This document shows, piece by piece, positions 49,015 through 58,773 of a stretch of DNA of 64,000 nucleotides. The first letter of the stretch is position 1; each line of letters starts with the position of its first letter. The notes under the pieces were generated by a model. The model was not told the origin of the DNA. It did not search any database and was given only the letters and a program-made list of their open reading frames with translations. Source of the stretch: Minisyncoccota bacterium (GTDB lineage Bacteria; Patescibacteriota; Minisyncoccia; Phycocordibacterales; UBA5272); assembly GCA_018063165.1 (NCBI GenBank), contig JAGOQU010000001.1:35809-99808 (forward strand). The letters run 5' to 3'. Position numbers and translations under genes: made by a program.

Positions 49015-49281
49015 ATGATTACTACAATAAAATTGATTCAAGTATTTGTGCTATTTTTTGTTTCTTCTGTTTTTATTTTTTATGGTATCATCTGGCTTAG
49101 AAATAGTATTAGATCTAATAAAGACTATGATTTCAAAAACGATGTAAAGCGCACTTTCTTGAAACCTCACTGGAAATATTCTTCTTTTTTAAATGATAAC
49201 AATACAGGAAGAATTGCTCCTATTGTGATTATTATTGGAGGTTTTAGTATACTTATTATTGGATTAATGAAAAGTTTTTAA
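49015..49281 (+). CDS. hypothetical small membrane protein
   Basis: Two TM helices. Confidence 0.35.
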   Translation: MITTIKLIQVFVLFFVSSVFIFYGIIWLRNSIRSNKDYDFKNDVKRTFLKPHWKYSSFLNDNNTGRIAPIVIIIGGFSILIIGLMKSF

Positions 49282-49369
49282 AACATTACATAACAAAAAG
49301 ATAAGTTGCTTCCGTCTACATTTTGATGTATTCTACTCTGTGGAATGTTATTTACTTTAGGAGTATATC

Positions 49370-49990
49370 GTGGGTGTTTTTCTTTCAACATTATTTGATA
49401 AAAGATCAGAGTCTTTGAAATCTTTTGATGTTCTTCCAAAATTTCCAGAAGGGTGTAATTCTTTTGAAGAATTTCTTGATGTTTGTAAAAAACATGAGGG
49501 GAAACCTTTTGTTATGGTGGTTGATAAATCAAGTAAAGAAGGATTTGCTTCAGTCGAAAGATTTTATTTTTTTGGAACAGTCGCTGTTAAAGATGATGGC
49601 TATTTTGGTTTAAAATGTTTTACACCAAGAATGATTAGTACATATATACCTTTTTTCTTTCATGAAATACATGCTATAGATATAGGTATTGACGACTCTC
49701 TCCCATATGAGTGTAAGATCGCCTCTATGTCGTTTGATATAGAGTTTTTTGAAACAATGCTTGTCGAACATTTTTGTCCTTATTATCCAATTGTTCTAAA
49801 AAATCGTGAACATGATTTATACATGATGACACTTCTTGGATATGTACATGTGCTTACTGAGTCAATGAAGCATCATCCTTTTTTATTACTTAATAAAGAA
49901 ATGAATGCTATTGTATCTTTTTTAGAAAGAAAAGATAAAGAAAGCAAAGACAAAGACAAGGAAAAAAAAGATAAAAAAGTACCTGTGTGA
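49370..49990 (+). CDS. hypothetical protein (GTG start per track) with a Lys/Asp-rich tail
   Basis: ORF only. Confidence 0.4.
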   Translation: MGVFLSTLFDKRSESLKSFDVLPKFPEGCNSFEEFLDVCKKHEGKPFVMVVDKSSKEGFASVERFYFFGTVAVKDDGYFGLKCFTPRMISTYIPFFFHEIHAIDIGIDDSLPYECKIASMSFDIEFFETMLVEHFCPYYPIVLKNREHDLYMMTLLGYVHVLTESMKHHPFLLLNKEMNAIVSFLERKDKESKDKDKEKKDKKVPV

Positions 49991-50069
49991 TTTTAAAATC
50001 CAAGCTATACATGCTTGGATTTTTATATAACAGTATCGAATTGTTTATGATAGAATGGTTTAATACTTA

Positions 50070-50142
50070 GCCAGAGTAGCTCAGTTGGTAGAGCATCTCA
50101 CTCGTAACGAGAAGGTCGTGAGTTCGATCCTCGCCTCTGGCT
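50070..50142 (+). tRNA. tRNA-Thr (anticodon CGT)
   Basis: Acceptor GCCAGAG/CTCTGGC. D-arm GCTC/GAGC. Anticodon loop CTCGTAA. T-arm GTGAG-TTCGATC-CTCGC. Discriminator T. Confidence 0.8.
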
Positions 50143-50318
50143 CAGAATAAACGAAGTGTTTTTGAGACAGAGGAGAAATCAAACTGCCGATTAGCAAATC
50201 GCGTCGAGAGACGTAACTTTTTCGTCGAGGATCGAATACGGGTCGGAAAAGCTTCTCGAGCAGAGCGAGAGCTTTTGTGACAGATCCTCGCCTCTGGCTC
50301 AGAATAAACGAAGTGTTT
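50126..50318 (+). repeat. 36-nt direct repeat (tRNA-Thr(CGT) last 17 nt plus 19 nt downstream; 50126-50161 and 50283-50318) bracketing a 121-bp GC-richer insert
   Basis: GATCCTCGCCTCTGGCTCAGAATAAACGAAGTGTTT occurs twice. The insert begins with a degenerate inverted copy of the tRNA 3' half (TGAGACAGAGGAGAAATCAAACT against revcomp TGAGCCAGAGGCGAGGATCGAACT) and contains hairpins around palindromic AAGCTT and CTCGAG. Confidence 0.7.
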
Positions 50319-50467
50319 GATAGATACGAAAAAATAATTAGCTTTTCAGTAAAATACATTAGGAGATGTAGTTTTTTTAAGACCCAAATAAAAAGGGGTG
50401 GTAATATTTTATTGATTACTGAATACAAACAAAAACGTCACTCATTTTGAGTGACGTTAGTTGATGT

Positions 50468-50938
50468 TTATAAGAAAATTTTTTTTAAAGTGTAATCAAG
50501 TACTTTTGCGTGCGGTAGTAATATTGGGAATCTGCTACAAGGAACACCTTTCCATAAATAATCTTGTAAATCTTGTAGACTAAAAAGTTTATTTATTAGT
50601 GTTTCTTTACCATCACATATTCTTTCATACATCTGTTCGAAAGATTCTACCTCACAAACAAAAACATGCTGATGGTGTGTGTAGTTATGGTTATCACGTG
50701 AAGGTTTGTCTACTACAAGTACAGGGTGCATTTCTTTAGCTTTGATATTTGTCTCTTCTAACAGCTCTCTATGTGCTGCTTGTTCAGGTATTTCATTGCG
50801 TTCAACACCACCACCAGGTATTCTCCATTGTATATTTCTCCATCTGTCTGAGTGTGTGAGAGGTATAAAAATAGTACCGTCTTTTGCTACGCACAAAGCT
50901 ACTATAAGTACAGCTTTTTCTGTGGAATGATCATTCAT
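50468..50938 (-). CDS. NUDIX hydrolase
   Basis: Nudix box GGGVERNEIPEQAAHRELLEETNI. Confidence 0.75.
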   Translation of the reverse strand: MNDHSTEKAVLIVALCVAKDGTIFIPLTHSDRWRNIQWRIPGGGVERNEIPEQAAHRELLEETNIKAKEMHPVLVVDKPSRDNHNYTHHQHVFVCEVESFEQMYERICDGKETLINKLFSLQDLQDYLWKGVPCSRFPILLPHAKVLDYTLKKIFL

Positions 50939-51071
50939 ATAAGGAACTCCTGTAAAGGTATACTATATATAATTATATAGTATAATTTACTATTGTCAAT
51001 ATGTACACAGTGTAAATATGTTGTATTTATGTTAAGTATATATATCTGTCCTGGTCTGCTATACTTTTTAC

Positions 51072-52214
51072 ATGGAACCACTCGCTTCAACACTTAGACC
51101 TAAGATGTTACATGAATTTATTGGTCAAGAACATCTAACAGGAAAAGGAAAACCTTTATCTATGGCAATAGAAAAGAAACATTTATTTTCTTTTATTTTG
51201 TGGGGTCCTCCTGGAGTTGGTAAGACAACACTTGCACGTATATATGCAAAAGCTATGAATGCAGAATATCATGAATTATCAGCTGTTTCTGCTGGTAAAG
51301 ATGATATACGAAAAATAGTTGAAGATAAACATGGTTTTACTTCGACACTCTTTGGGCCTAAAATTTTATTTTTAGATGAGATACATCGTTTTAATAAAGC
51401 GCAACAAGATTTTTTATTACCATATGTAGAAAAAGGTGTTATCACATTAATTGGTGCAACTACAGAAAATCCAAGTTTTGAAGTTAATTCAGCGTTGTTA
51501 TCGAGAGCTAGAGTTTTTGTTCTTAATGAGCTATCTCATCAATCTATGAGAATGATCCTTGATCGTACTGGATATACAATAGAAGAGAATGCAATAGAGT
51601 GGTTACTTGAAATGGCTTCTGGTGATGCAAGGCAGATGCTTACCATGATTGAAAATACCAGACATCTTTATGGTGATATAACAGTAGATACACTAGTAAA
51701 TACACTTCAATCAAAAACATTACGTTATGATAAAAAAGGAGAAGATCATTACAATACAATAAGTGCATTTATTAAAAGTATGAGAGCTTCTAAGGAAAGT
51801 GCTGCAATGTATTATCTTTCACGTATGATAGAAGCTGGAGAAGATCCAAAATTTATTGCACGTAGGATGATTATTTTTGCCTCAGAAGATATTGGTATGC
51901 AAGACTCTTACGCTATTATTATTGCAAATGAAGTATTTAAAGCTGTTGACGTTATTGGGTTGCCAGAATGTGTTGCTCCACTTTCTCATGGTGTGGCATA
52001 TCTTTCAAGAGCAAAAAAAGATAGAAGTTCCTATGATGCTTATTATAAAGCTAAAGAAGATGTGATTAGATATGGCGCTATTCCTATACCTCTTATGCTT
52101 CGTAACGCAGAATCAAAATTAATGAAAGAAAATGGATATGGTGACGGATATGAATTATACGGTGAAAGTAGTTATATGCCTAAAGAACTTGATAAAAGAA
52201 ATTATTTCATATAA
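51072..52214 (+). CDS. rarA: replication-associated recombination protein A (MgsA/RarA AAA+ ATPase)
   Basis: LRPKMLHEFIGQEHL, ILWGPPGVGKTTLA, LFLDEIHRFNKAQQD, and the C-terminal MgsA helical domain. Confidence 0.85.
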   Translation: MEPLASTLRPKMLHEFIGQEHLTGKGKPLSMAIEKKHLFSFILWGPPGVGKTTLARIYAKAMNAEYHELSAVSAGKDDIRKIVEDKHGFTSTLFGPKILFLDEIHRFNKAQQDFLLPYVEKGVITLIGATTENPSFEVNSALLSRARVFVLNELSHQSMRMILDRTGYTIEENAIEWLLEMASGDARQMLTMIENTRHLYGDITVDTLVNTLQSKTLRYDKKGEDHYNTISAFIKSMRASKESAAMYYLSRMIEAGEDPKFIARRMIIFASEDIGMQDSYAIIIANEVFKAVDVIGLPECVAPLSHGVAYLSRAKKDRSSYDAYYKAKEDVIRYGAIPIPLMLRNAESKLMKENGYGDGYELYGESSYMPKELDKRNYFI

Positions 52215-52292
52215 TCACATAACTCTCGACAAAAAAGCTTATTTTGTGTAGTCTGTACAAAGATGGTATTCAAAGAATAAAGGAGGAGTGGT

Positions 52293-52595
52293 ATGCAAAA
52301 AAAAGAAGTGTTAGAGGTTGTGTATAGAAAGGTTTTATTTTGTGTTAAAGAACAGAAACGTACAGCAGAAGAAATTCAAAATGAATATATACGATGTTAT
52401 CCTCAAGGATTGTTGGCGAAAGTGTTATCTCCTCCTCCTGGAGTAGAGGAGATTAGATTAAAACTCATGTATCTTGTAAAAGAAGGTTTTGTTTTAAAAG
52501 AATTAACAAATTACATTAGAGAAGCATTAGATAAAGAAGTAGAAATTTTTTGGATTAGTGATAAAGGTAGATCATATCTTCTTTCAAAAAAATAA
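52293..52595 (+). CDS. hypothetical protein
   Basis: AAGGAGG RBS; no family recognised. Confidence 0.4.
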   Translation: MQKKEVLEVVYRKVLFCVKEQKRTAEEIQNEYIRCYPQGLLAKVLSPPPGVEEIRLKLMYLVKEGFVLKELTNYIREALDKEVEIFWISDKGRSYLLSKK

Positions 52596-52620
52596 AACAC
52601 CAGTTACATCTGGTGTTTTT
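52595..52620. terminator. bidirectional intrinsic terminator
   Basis: ACACCAG-TTACAT-CTGGTGT flanked by A-run and T-run. Lies between convergent genes. Confidence 0.5.
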
Positions 52621-52621
52621 T

Positions 52622-53038
52622 TTATTTGTGTTCTTTTTCAGCTTCTACAACACGTCTTCTTAAATTAGATGAAGAGTAGGGGTGAGACCGTGAATTAAAC
52701 AGTACAGTAAGTGGTAGATCATGTCCAGTATATAATTTTCCTTTCCAGTCAGAACCAATAATTCTCATATCTATATTATGTGGGTTTTCTGACAGTAGTG
52801 CATAGAGTTCTTTTTCTGTGGTATAGGTAATAATCTTATCGATGTATTTTATAGCTTCTAGTTGTATCATTCTTTCCTCAACAGATTGTACTGGTTTATT
52901 TTTTTCTGGTCTATCTATAGAAGGGTCTGTATGAAGGCCGACGATCAAAAAGTCACAATATTCTTTACATTCTTTAAACATAAGCATATGCCCAGCATGA
53001 CATAAATCAAAAGCGCCACAAGTAAAGCCAATTTTCAT
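52622..53038 (-). CDS. cytidylyltransferase-like nucleotidyltransferase (TagD / RfaE domain II family)
   Basis: GAFDLCHAGHMLMF (HxGH motif) and RIIGSDW in a 138-aa single-domain protein. Confidence 0.6.
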   Translation of the reverse strand: MKIGFTCGAFDLCHAGHMLMFKECKEYCDFLIVGLHTDPSIDRPEKNKPVQSVEERMIQLEAIKYIDKIITYTTEKELYALLSENPHNIDMRIIGSDWKGKLYTGHDLPLTVLFNSRSHPYSSSNLRRRVVEAEKEHK

Positions 53039-53090
53039 ATGTCTATCATAACATATAATATAAAAAATAATATTTGCTATACTGTGTCTT

Positions 53091-53966
53091 ATGAATGAAG
53101 ATATCGATAAGGAAATAGAAACGCTTGAAAGGGAGATGTACAGTTCTACTTTTTGGGATAATAAAGAAAAAGCTCAAGACATAATCAAGAAAATTAAAGA
53201 GTTAAAAGATAAAAAAGAAGGGGTGGGAGCATTAGATAAAGGACCGGCAATTATTACTATATTTGCCGGTGCTGGAGGTGACGATAGTGAAGATTTTGTA
53301 AGAATGCTTTTTGAAATGTATGAAGCTTTTTTTATACGAGTAGGATTTACGTTTTCTTTTTTACAAGATACAAAAAATGATCACGGCGGTTACCGTAATC
53401 TCACCATTGAAGTTTCTGGTAAGAATGTATATGGAACATTAAAAAATGAATCAGGTGTTCATAGACTTGTGCGCATTTCTCCATTTAATGCTCAATCAAA
53501 AAGACAAACATCATTTGCTATGGTTGAAGTGCTTCCGATAATCCCTTTACCTGAAAGACAAAATCTTTTACCTGAAGATATTAGAATAGAAACATCAAAA
53601 TCAAGTGGTCCTGGTGGACAGAATGTTAATAAGAGGGAGACTGCTGTGCGTATTATTCATATTCCGACAAATATAGCAGTATCTGTTTCAACAGAAAGAC
53701 AGCAAGAACAAAATAAACAAAAAGCTCTTGAAATTTTACAAGCAAAACTTTTTAGATTAGAAGAAGAAAAAAGAAAAGCTGATATAGAAGGAAGACAAAT
53801 AAGTAAAACCGTGGAAATAGAATGGGGGAATCAAATTAGGTCATATGTACTTCACCCGTATAAAATGGTTAAAGATCATAGGACGGAATATGAAACAAGT
53901 GATGTTGTGTCTGTACTTGAAAAAGGTGAATTAGAAGGTTTTATAGAAGCAGAAAAAAATATATAA
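53091..53966 (+). CDS. prfB: peptide chain release factor 2, N-terminally short, no programmed frameshift
   Basis: GGQ (SGPGGQNVNK) and SPF (RISPFNAQSKRQTS) motifs. Leader region FWDNKEKAQ aligns to the post-frameshift part of E. coli RF2. Confidence 0.8.
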   Translation: MNEDIDKEIETLEREMYSSTFWDNKEKAQDIIKKIKELKDKKEGVGALDKGPAIITIFAGAGGDDSEDFVRMLFEMYEAFFIRVGFTFSFLQDTKNDHGGYRNLTIEVSGKNVYGTLKNESGVHRLVRISPFNAQSKRQTSFAMVEVLPIIPLPERQNLLPEDIRIETSKSSGPGGQNVNKRETAVRIIHIPTNIAVSVSTERQQEQNKQKALEILQAKLFRLEEEKRKADIEGRQISKTVEIEWGNQIRSYVLHPYKMVKDHRTEYETSDVVSVLEKGELEGFIEAEKNI

Positions 53967-54050
53967 TCTACTTTTTTGAATTACATCCTTATTACTAAAG
54001 ACATTTTTAATTCACATTTGCATACTTTCTAGTCATGCTATACTAAACAC

Positions 54051-54731
54051 ATGCTTTACTTTGACCGAGTTTCAAAAGAATATCAAAATGGTAACAAAGT
54101 GCTTGATTCTATATCACTTACAATTAACAAGGGTGAGCTTGTTTCTATTGTTGGTCATTCTGGTGCAGGAAAAACAACATTAGTTAAATTACTCTTAGCT
54201 GAAGAACAGCCCTCAGAAGGTTCTGTTTCTTTTAATTCTGACGATATTAGTAATTTATCAGGAAGAGATATGACTAATTACCGAAGAAAAATCGGAGTTG
54301 TTTTTCAGGATTTTCGTCTTATTCCTAACAAAACAGCATATGAAAATGTTGCGTTTGCTATGGAGGCAGCTGGAAAACATGATGATGATATAAAAGAAGA
54401 TGTACCACACGTGCTCGATCTTGTTGATCTTAAAAACAAAATGCATCAATTCCCTCATCAACTCTCTGGTGGTGAACAACAACGTGTTGCTATAGCAAGA
54501 GCAATTATTAATCGTCCAGAAATTATTATTGCAGATGAACCAACAGGGAATCTTGATCCACTTAATACGTATGATATAGTACAGATTTTGAAAAAAATTA
54601 ATGATCTTGGTACAACCGTTATTCTTACTACACATAATAAAGGAATAGTTGATAATCTCGGTAGACGTGTTATCACCATGGAAGATGGTCGTATAACTCG
54701 TGATCAGAAATCTGGTAAGTTCACTTTATAA
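54051..54731 (+). CDS. ftsE: cell-division ABC transporter ATP-binding protein FtsE
   Basis: Walker A (GHSGAGKTT), ABC signature (LSGGEQQRV), Walker B ([11 protein letters not shown]). Confidence 0.85.
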   Translation: MLYFDRVSKEYQNGNKVLDSISLTINKGELVSIVGHSGAGKTTLVKLLLAEEQPSEGSVSFNSDDISNLSGRDMTNYRRKIGVVFQDFRLIPNKTAYENVAFAMEAAGKHDDDIKEDVPHVLDLVDLKNKMHQFPHQLSGGEQQRVAIARAIINRPEIIIADEPTGNLDPLNTYDIVQILKKINDLGTTVILTTHNKGIVDNLGRRVITMEDGRITRDQKSGKFTL

Positions 54732-54746
54732 ACATAGTATTAACGT

Positions 54747-55673
54747 ATGAGAAAAACACTTTGGAGAAGAATTATCATGGCAGGATTTAGAGGTTTTTAT
54801 CGTAACCGTACTGTATCTCTTTCTTCTATTTTTATTTTAACAATTACGTTATCAATTGTTGCTTCTTTTTATCTTTCTCGAGCTGTTTTTGATTATACAC
54901 TTACCCAAATACGAGAAAAGGTAGACGTGCGTGTATATTTTACTGTAGACGCAACTGACGATCAGATAACTACGATACAGGCAAAATTACGCGGTCTTAC
55001 TCAGGTGAAATCAGTCACATACACATCAAAAGAAGTTGCTCTTGAAGAATTTAAAAAGAAACATGAAGGAGATCAGCTTACTCTTCAGGCACTTGATGAA
55101 CTCGGTGCTAATCCTTTTGGTGCTTCTCTTGCTATTGTTGCAAAAGATACATCTCAATATGACGCGATAGCTAAACAGCTTTCTTCTGGTTCTGGTCTTT
55201 TGGGAGATTCTGTGGGGGCAGTTGATAAAATTAATTATTATCAATTGAAAGATAGTATAGATAAATTAAATAATATTATTGGCTGGACAAATACAGTTGG
55301 ATTTTGGATTTCAATATTATTTATACTCATGAGTTGTATGATTGTGTATAACACAATTAGACTTGCAATTTTTGTGTACCGTGATGAAATTGCTGTTATG
55401 AAACTAGTAGGTGCTTCAAATATGTTTATTCGTGGCCCATTTATTGTTGAAGCCGTTCTTTATTCTCTTGTTGCCACTTCTATAACACTTGCTTTATTTT
55501 TTCCAGCTACGATGTGGTTTACAAAAAAGACAGTATTCTTTTTTGAAGGCATGAATTTACATACCTATTACACTACTCATTTCTTCGAACTAACAGGATT
55601 ATTATTACTCTCTGCTGTAACTCTTGCTGTAGTATCTTCTCTTCTTGCTGTAAGAAAATATTTAAAGGTATAA
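54747..55673 (+). CDS. ftsX: cell-division permease FtsX
   Basis: FtsX architecture: TM1, periplasmic domain, three C-terminal TM helices. Immediately downstream of ftsE. Confidence 0.8.
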   Translation: MRKTLWRRIIMAGFRGFYRNRTVSLSSIFILTITLSIVASFYLSRAVFDYTLTQIREKVDVRVYFTVDATDDQITTIQAKLRGLTQVKSVTYTSKEVALEEFKKKHEGDQLTLQALDELGANPFGASLAIVAKDTSQYDAIAKQLSSGSGLLGDSVGAVDKINYYQLKDSIDKLNNIIGWTNTVGFWISILFILMSCMIVYNTIRLAIFVYRDEIAVMKLVGASNMFIRGPFIVEAVLYSLVATSITLALFFPATMWFTKKTVFFFEGMNLHTYYTTHFFELTGLLLLSAVTLAVVSSLLAVRKYLKV

Positions 55674-55682
55674 TATACAATA

Positions 55683-55705
55683 AAACCCACCGAAGTGGGT
55701 TTGTT
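55683..55705. terminator. hairpin terminator (weak T-tract)
   Basis: AAACCCAC-CGAA-GTGGGTTT followed by GTTTG. Confidence 0.4.
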
Positions 55706-55728
55706 TGAAAGGTGATGATGCTTGGATC

Positions 55729-56007
55729 TTAATCAATAATTTGGTAGACGCCTGTTCGTCTATTCGTTCTGTAATATGCCTTAAATCTCTTATTATTTCC
55801 TGTATAACCAGAGATATTCCAGCTTTCACCTGAACCATCTTCCATTTCCATGGACATAACTAGTCCATGGACTTCTATAGAGTGATTTCCATTTTTTGGT
55901 ACTACATGAAATATCAACCTTTTTTTACGGTTAACTGGTAAAGGAAACTCAGTGAACAGGTCGCTTTTTGATGGTCCGTTGATGATTGTATCTTCTGACA
56001 TTTTCAA
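55729..56007 (-). CDS. hypothetical small protein
   Basis: ORF only. Confidence 0.35.
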   Translation of the reverse strand: MKMSEDTIINGPSKSDLFTEFPLPVNRKKRLIFHVVPKNGNHSIEVHGLVMSMEMEDGSGESWNISGYTGNNKRFKAYYRTNRRTGVYQIID

Positions 56008-56204
56008 CTTTCAAGAATACTATTGGAAGAGGAATAGCATAACCTCCTTATTTCATTTCTGAAACGTCTAGACCATACAGACTAGATATTTATTATAACA
56101 TATATTTATATTTTTGTAAAGTCTTCTTTATTTTATCTTTTACTATTACACTAGAGTAATATTTACATGTTTGTAACTCGATCTCTATAATTTATAACAT
56201 AATT

Positions 56205-57863
56205 GTGACTCAAAAAACTGCACTTCAAATTTTAAAACTAGGGCATACTACATTTCTTACTGGTGCAGCAGGTGCAGGGAAAAGTTATGTACTTCGTGAA
56301 TATATCAAGTATCTTAAAAAACATGGTATTAATTATGCCGTTACAGCTTCTACAGGAATAGCTTCTACTCATATAAGTGGTACGACTATTCATGCGTGGA
56401 GTGGTATCGGTATTAAACATAAACTAGCAACGTACGAATTAGACGCTCTTGAAGAAAAACAAAATCTATATAAAAGATGGAATGATACATCTGTTCTTAT
56501 TATTGATGAAGTGTCTATGCTTCATGCATCTTTTGTTGATATGTTAGATAAGGTTGCAAAACATATGAGGCGAAATGATAAACCTTTTGGTGGAGTACAA
56601 GTTGTTTTTACAGGTGATTTTTTTCAACTTCCTCCTGTTACTAGGCCAACAGATGAGTACGAAACAAGTGAAGTATTTGCTTTTGCATCAGATGCTTGGA
56701 AAAAAGCAAAGCCAGTTGTATGTTATCTTACAGAACAATTTAGACAAGATGACAATAAATTAACTTCAATTTTGCAAGCTATACGAGACGGAGAGGTAGA
56801 AGAAGAACATTATGAAATGTTAAAGGAAGCAAGTGAAAATAAACATACAGGAGATCATATTAAATTATATACACATAATACAAATGTAGATGATATTAAT
56901 ATGGAAGAGTTTGGAAAAATAGATGGCAATGTGCGTACGTATCATATGATAACTAAAGGAAAAGCACAGATTGTATCTTCTTTAAAAAATAATTGTCTAG
57001 CTGATGAAATTCTTCAACTTAAAATAGGGGCAAAAGTTATTTGTATTAAAAATAGTCAAGACAGAAGTTATGTGAATGGTTCAATGGGGAAAGTGATTAA
57101 TTTTGATCATGAGGGTATGCCTGTTGTTGAGCTCATGCAAGGTAAAAAAATTACAGTTAAAGCTGATTCTTGGAAAATAGAAGAAGATGGAAAAGTTCGT
57201 GCAGAGTTACAACAGCTTCCTATTAAGCTTGCATGGGCTATTACGGTACACAAATCTCAAGGAATGACGCTTGATAAGGCTGAAGTAGATCTTTCTCGTT
57301 CTTTTGCATCAGGACAAGGATACGTCGCTCTTTCTCGTCTTAAGTCACTCGAAGGATTATATTTAAAAGGTTTTAATGCTCAAGCTCTTCAAATAGCAGA
57401 ACAGGTCCATGAAATGGATAGTGTTTTTCGTTCAAAAAGTGTTCAAGCAGAAGATGCTATTTTGAAATATGCAGAAAAGCAATTAGAAGATCTTGCTCAT
57501 GCTTTTATACGAGAACATGGTGGATCAGTTGTTGAACTTCCTGATGAAGAATTAAAAGAAGTTGAAGAGAAAGTTGCATCACATACAAAGACACAAGAAA
57601 TGCTTCTAGAAAAAATTACCATAGAAGAAATCGCAGAAAGAAGAAATTTATCAGTTGATACTATTATAGGTCATATAGAAAAATTACTTGAATTAAAAGA
57701 AAAGGTAGAGTTAGCTCACACATTGCCTCCAAAAAAAGATGTAACCGTTATAAAAAAAGCATTTAAAGAATTAAAGACTCAAAAATTAACACCAGTATTT
57801 GAACAACTTAAAGGAAAGTATACATATCCTCAAATACGAATTGTTCGAGCATCGTTACAATAA
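56205..57863 (+). CDS. Pif1/RecD-family 5'-3' DNA helicase with a C-terminal helix-turn-helix domain
   Basis: Walker A (LTGAAGAGKSYVL), Walker B (VLIIDEVSM), motifs TGDFFQLPPV and HKSQGMT. C-terminal ITIEEIAERRNLSVDTIIGHIEKLL. Confidence 0.75.
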   Translation: MTQKTALQILKLGHTTFLTGAAGAGKSYVLREYIKYLKKHGINYAVTASTGIASTHISGTTIHAWSGIGIKHKLATYELDALEEKQNLYKRWNDTSVLIIDEVSMLHASFVDMLDKVAKHMRRNDKPFGGVQVVFTGDFFQLPPVTRPTDEYETSEVFAFASDAWKKAKPVVCYLTEQFRQDDNKLTSILQAIRDGEVEEEHYEMLKEASENKHTGDHIKLYTHNTNVDDINMEEFGKIDGNVRTYHMITKGKAQIVSSLKNNCLADEILQLKIGAKVICIKNSQDRSYVNGSMGKVINFDHEGMPVVELMQGKKITVKADSWKIEEDGKVRAELQQLPIKLAWAITVHKSQGMTLDKAEVDLSRSFASGQGYVALSRLKSLEGLYLKGFNAQALQIAEQVHEMDSVFRSKSVQAEDAILKYAEKQLEDLAHAFIREHGGSVVELPDEELKEVEEKVASHTKTQEMLLEKITIEEIAERRNLSVDTIIGHIEKLLELKEKVELAHTLPPKKDVTVIKKAFKELKTQKLTPVFEQLKGKYTYPQIRIVRASLQ

Positions 57864-57871
57864 AAGTATTT

Positions 57872-58132
57872 TTATGTTTCTTTTTGTAGAGTATTCTTAA
57901 TAAGTGTTTCTTTTTCTTGTCTTGTAAGTCTTTTTATTTCTGCTTCACGACTACGTGCTTCTTTATATGTGTTATGTATTTCGTGATAAGTAAGAGACAC
58001 AGGTCTTCTTATTTTAGTGTAATGAGCACCACTTTTTAAAGTATTGTGTTCGTGTATTCTTTTTATTAGATTTGAAGTTGATCCTGTATAAAAAGTTCCA
58101 TCATTGCACGTTAGTATATAAACATAGTACAT
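57872..58132 (-). CDS. GIY-YIG nuclease-superfamily small protein (UPF0213-like)
   Basis: YYVYILTCNDGTFYTGSTSNLIKRIHEHN (GIY...YIG plus conserved R/E). Confidence 0.75.
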   Translation of the reverse strand: MYYVYILTCNDGTFYTGSTSNLIKRIHEHNTLKSGAHYTKIRRPVSLTYHEIHNTYKEARSREAEIKRLTRQEKETLIKNTLQKET

Positions 58133-58167
58133 ATTATTTTGATATATTCATATGATACACTAAAACA

Positions 58168-58773
58168 ATGGAAAATATTATAGTCGCATGTGTTTTTTTG
58201 GTTGTAGCCACATTCGTGGTTATATTTTTTAAACCATCAAAAATAACTAATTATCCTTCACTTGGAAAAACTATAGTAATGTTTGGAGATAGTCTCACTG
58301 TAGGTGTTGGTGCGTCAGAAGGTCATTCTATACGAGAGTTAATTAGTAAGAAAATAAAAGAAGAAATACTTGGTATGGGTGTGAGTGGACAGACTAGTGG
58401 TCAAGGCCTACAAAGAATAGATGCAGTTATTGCTCTTAAACCAAAAGTTACTTTAGTTCTTTTTGGTGGAAATGATTATTTAAAGAAAGTGGAAAAAGAA
58501 ATAACATTTAAAAATATAGATACAATAGTTCAAAAATTACAAAGAGCTGGTTCTGTTGTTATTTTAATAGGTATTCAAGGAGGTATACTTTCTGATCCTT
58601 TTCATGACGAATTTAAAAGAATAGCTAAAAAACGTGGTGCTGTGTATGTAACAAATGTTCTTGAGAATATTATTGGAAAAGAAGATCTTATGAGTGATCA
58701 GGTTCATCCTAATGATAAGGGGTGTGAAATTATAGCAAGTAGGATAGCTCCAATTCTAAAAAAAGTACTATAA
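58168..58773 (+). CDS. SGNH/GDSL-family hydrolase (TesA-like)
   Basis: Blocks GDSLTVG, LFGGNDY, DQVHPN. Confidence 0.7.
   Translation: MENIIVACVFLVVATFVVIFFKPSKITNYPSLGKTIVMFGDSLTVGVGASEGHSIRELISKKIKEEILGMGVSGQTSGQGLQRIDAVIALKPKVTLVLFGGNDYLKKVEKEITFKNIDTIVQKLQRAGSVVILIGIQGGILSDPFHDEFKRIAKKRGAVYVTNVLENIIGKEDLMSDQVHPNDKGCEIIASRIAPILKKVL

Noticed and set aside
53040-53100. Programmed +1 frameshift site upstream of prfB
   Set aside because: No in-frame leader ORF with a CUU-UGA motif. The region is only about 50 nt and is adjacent to the divergent gene start.
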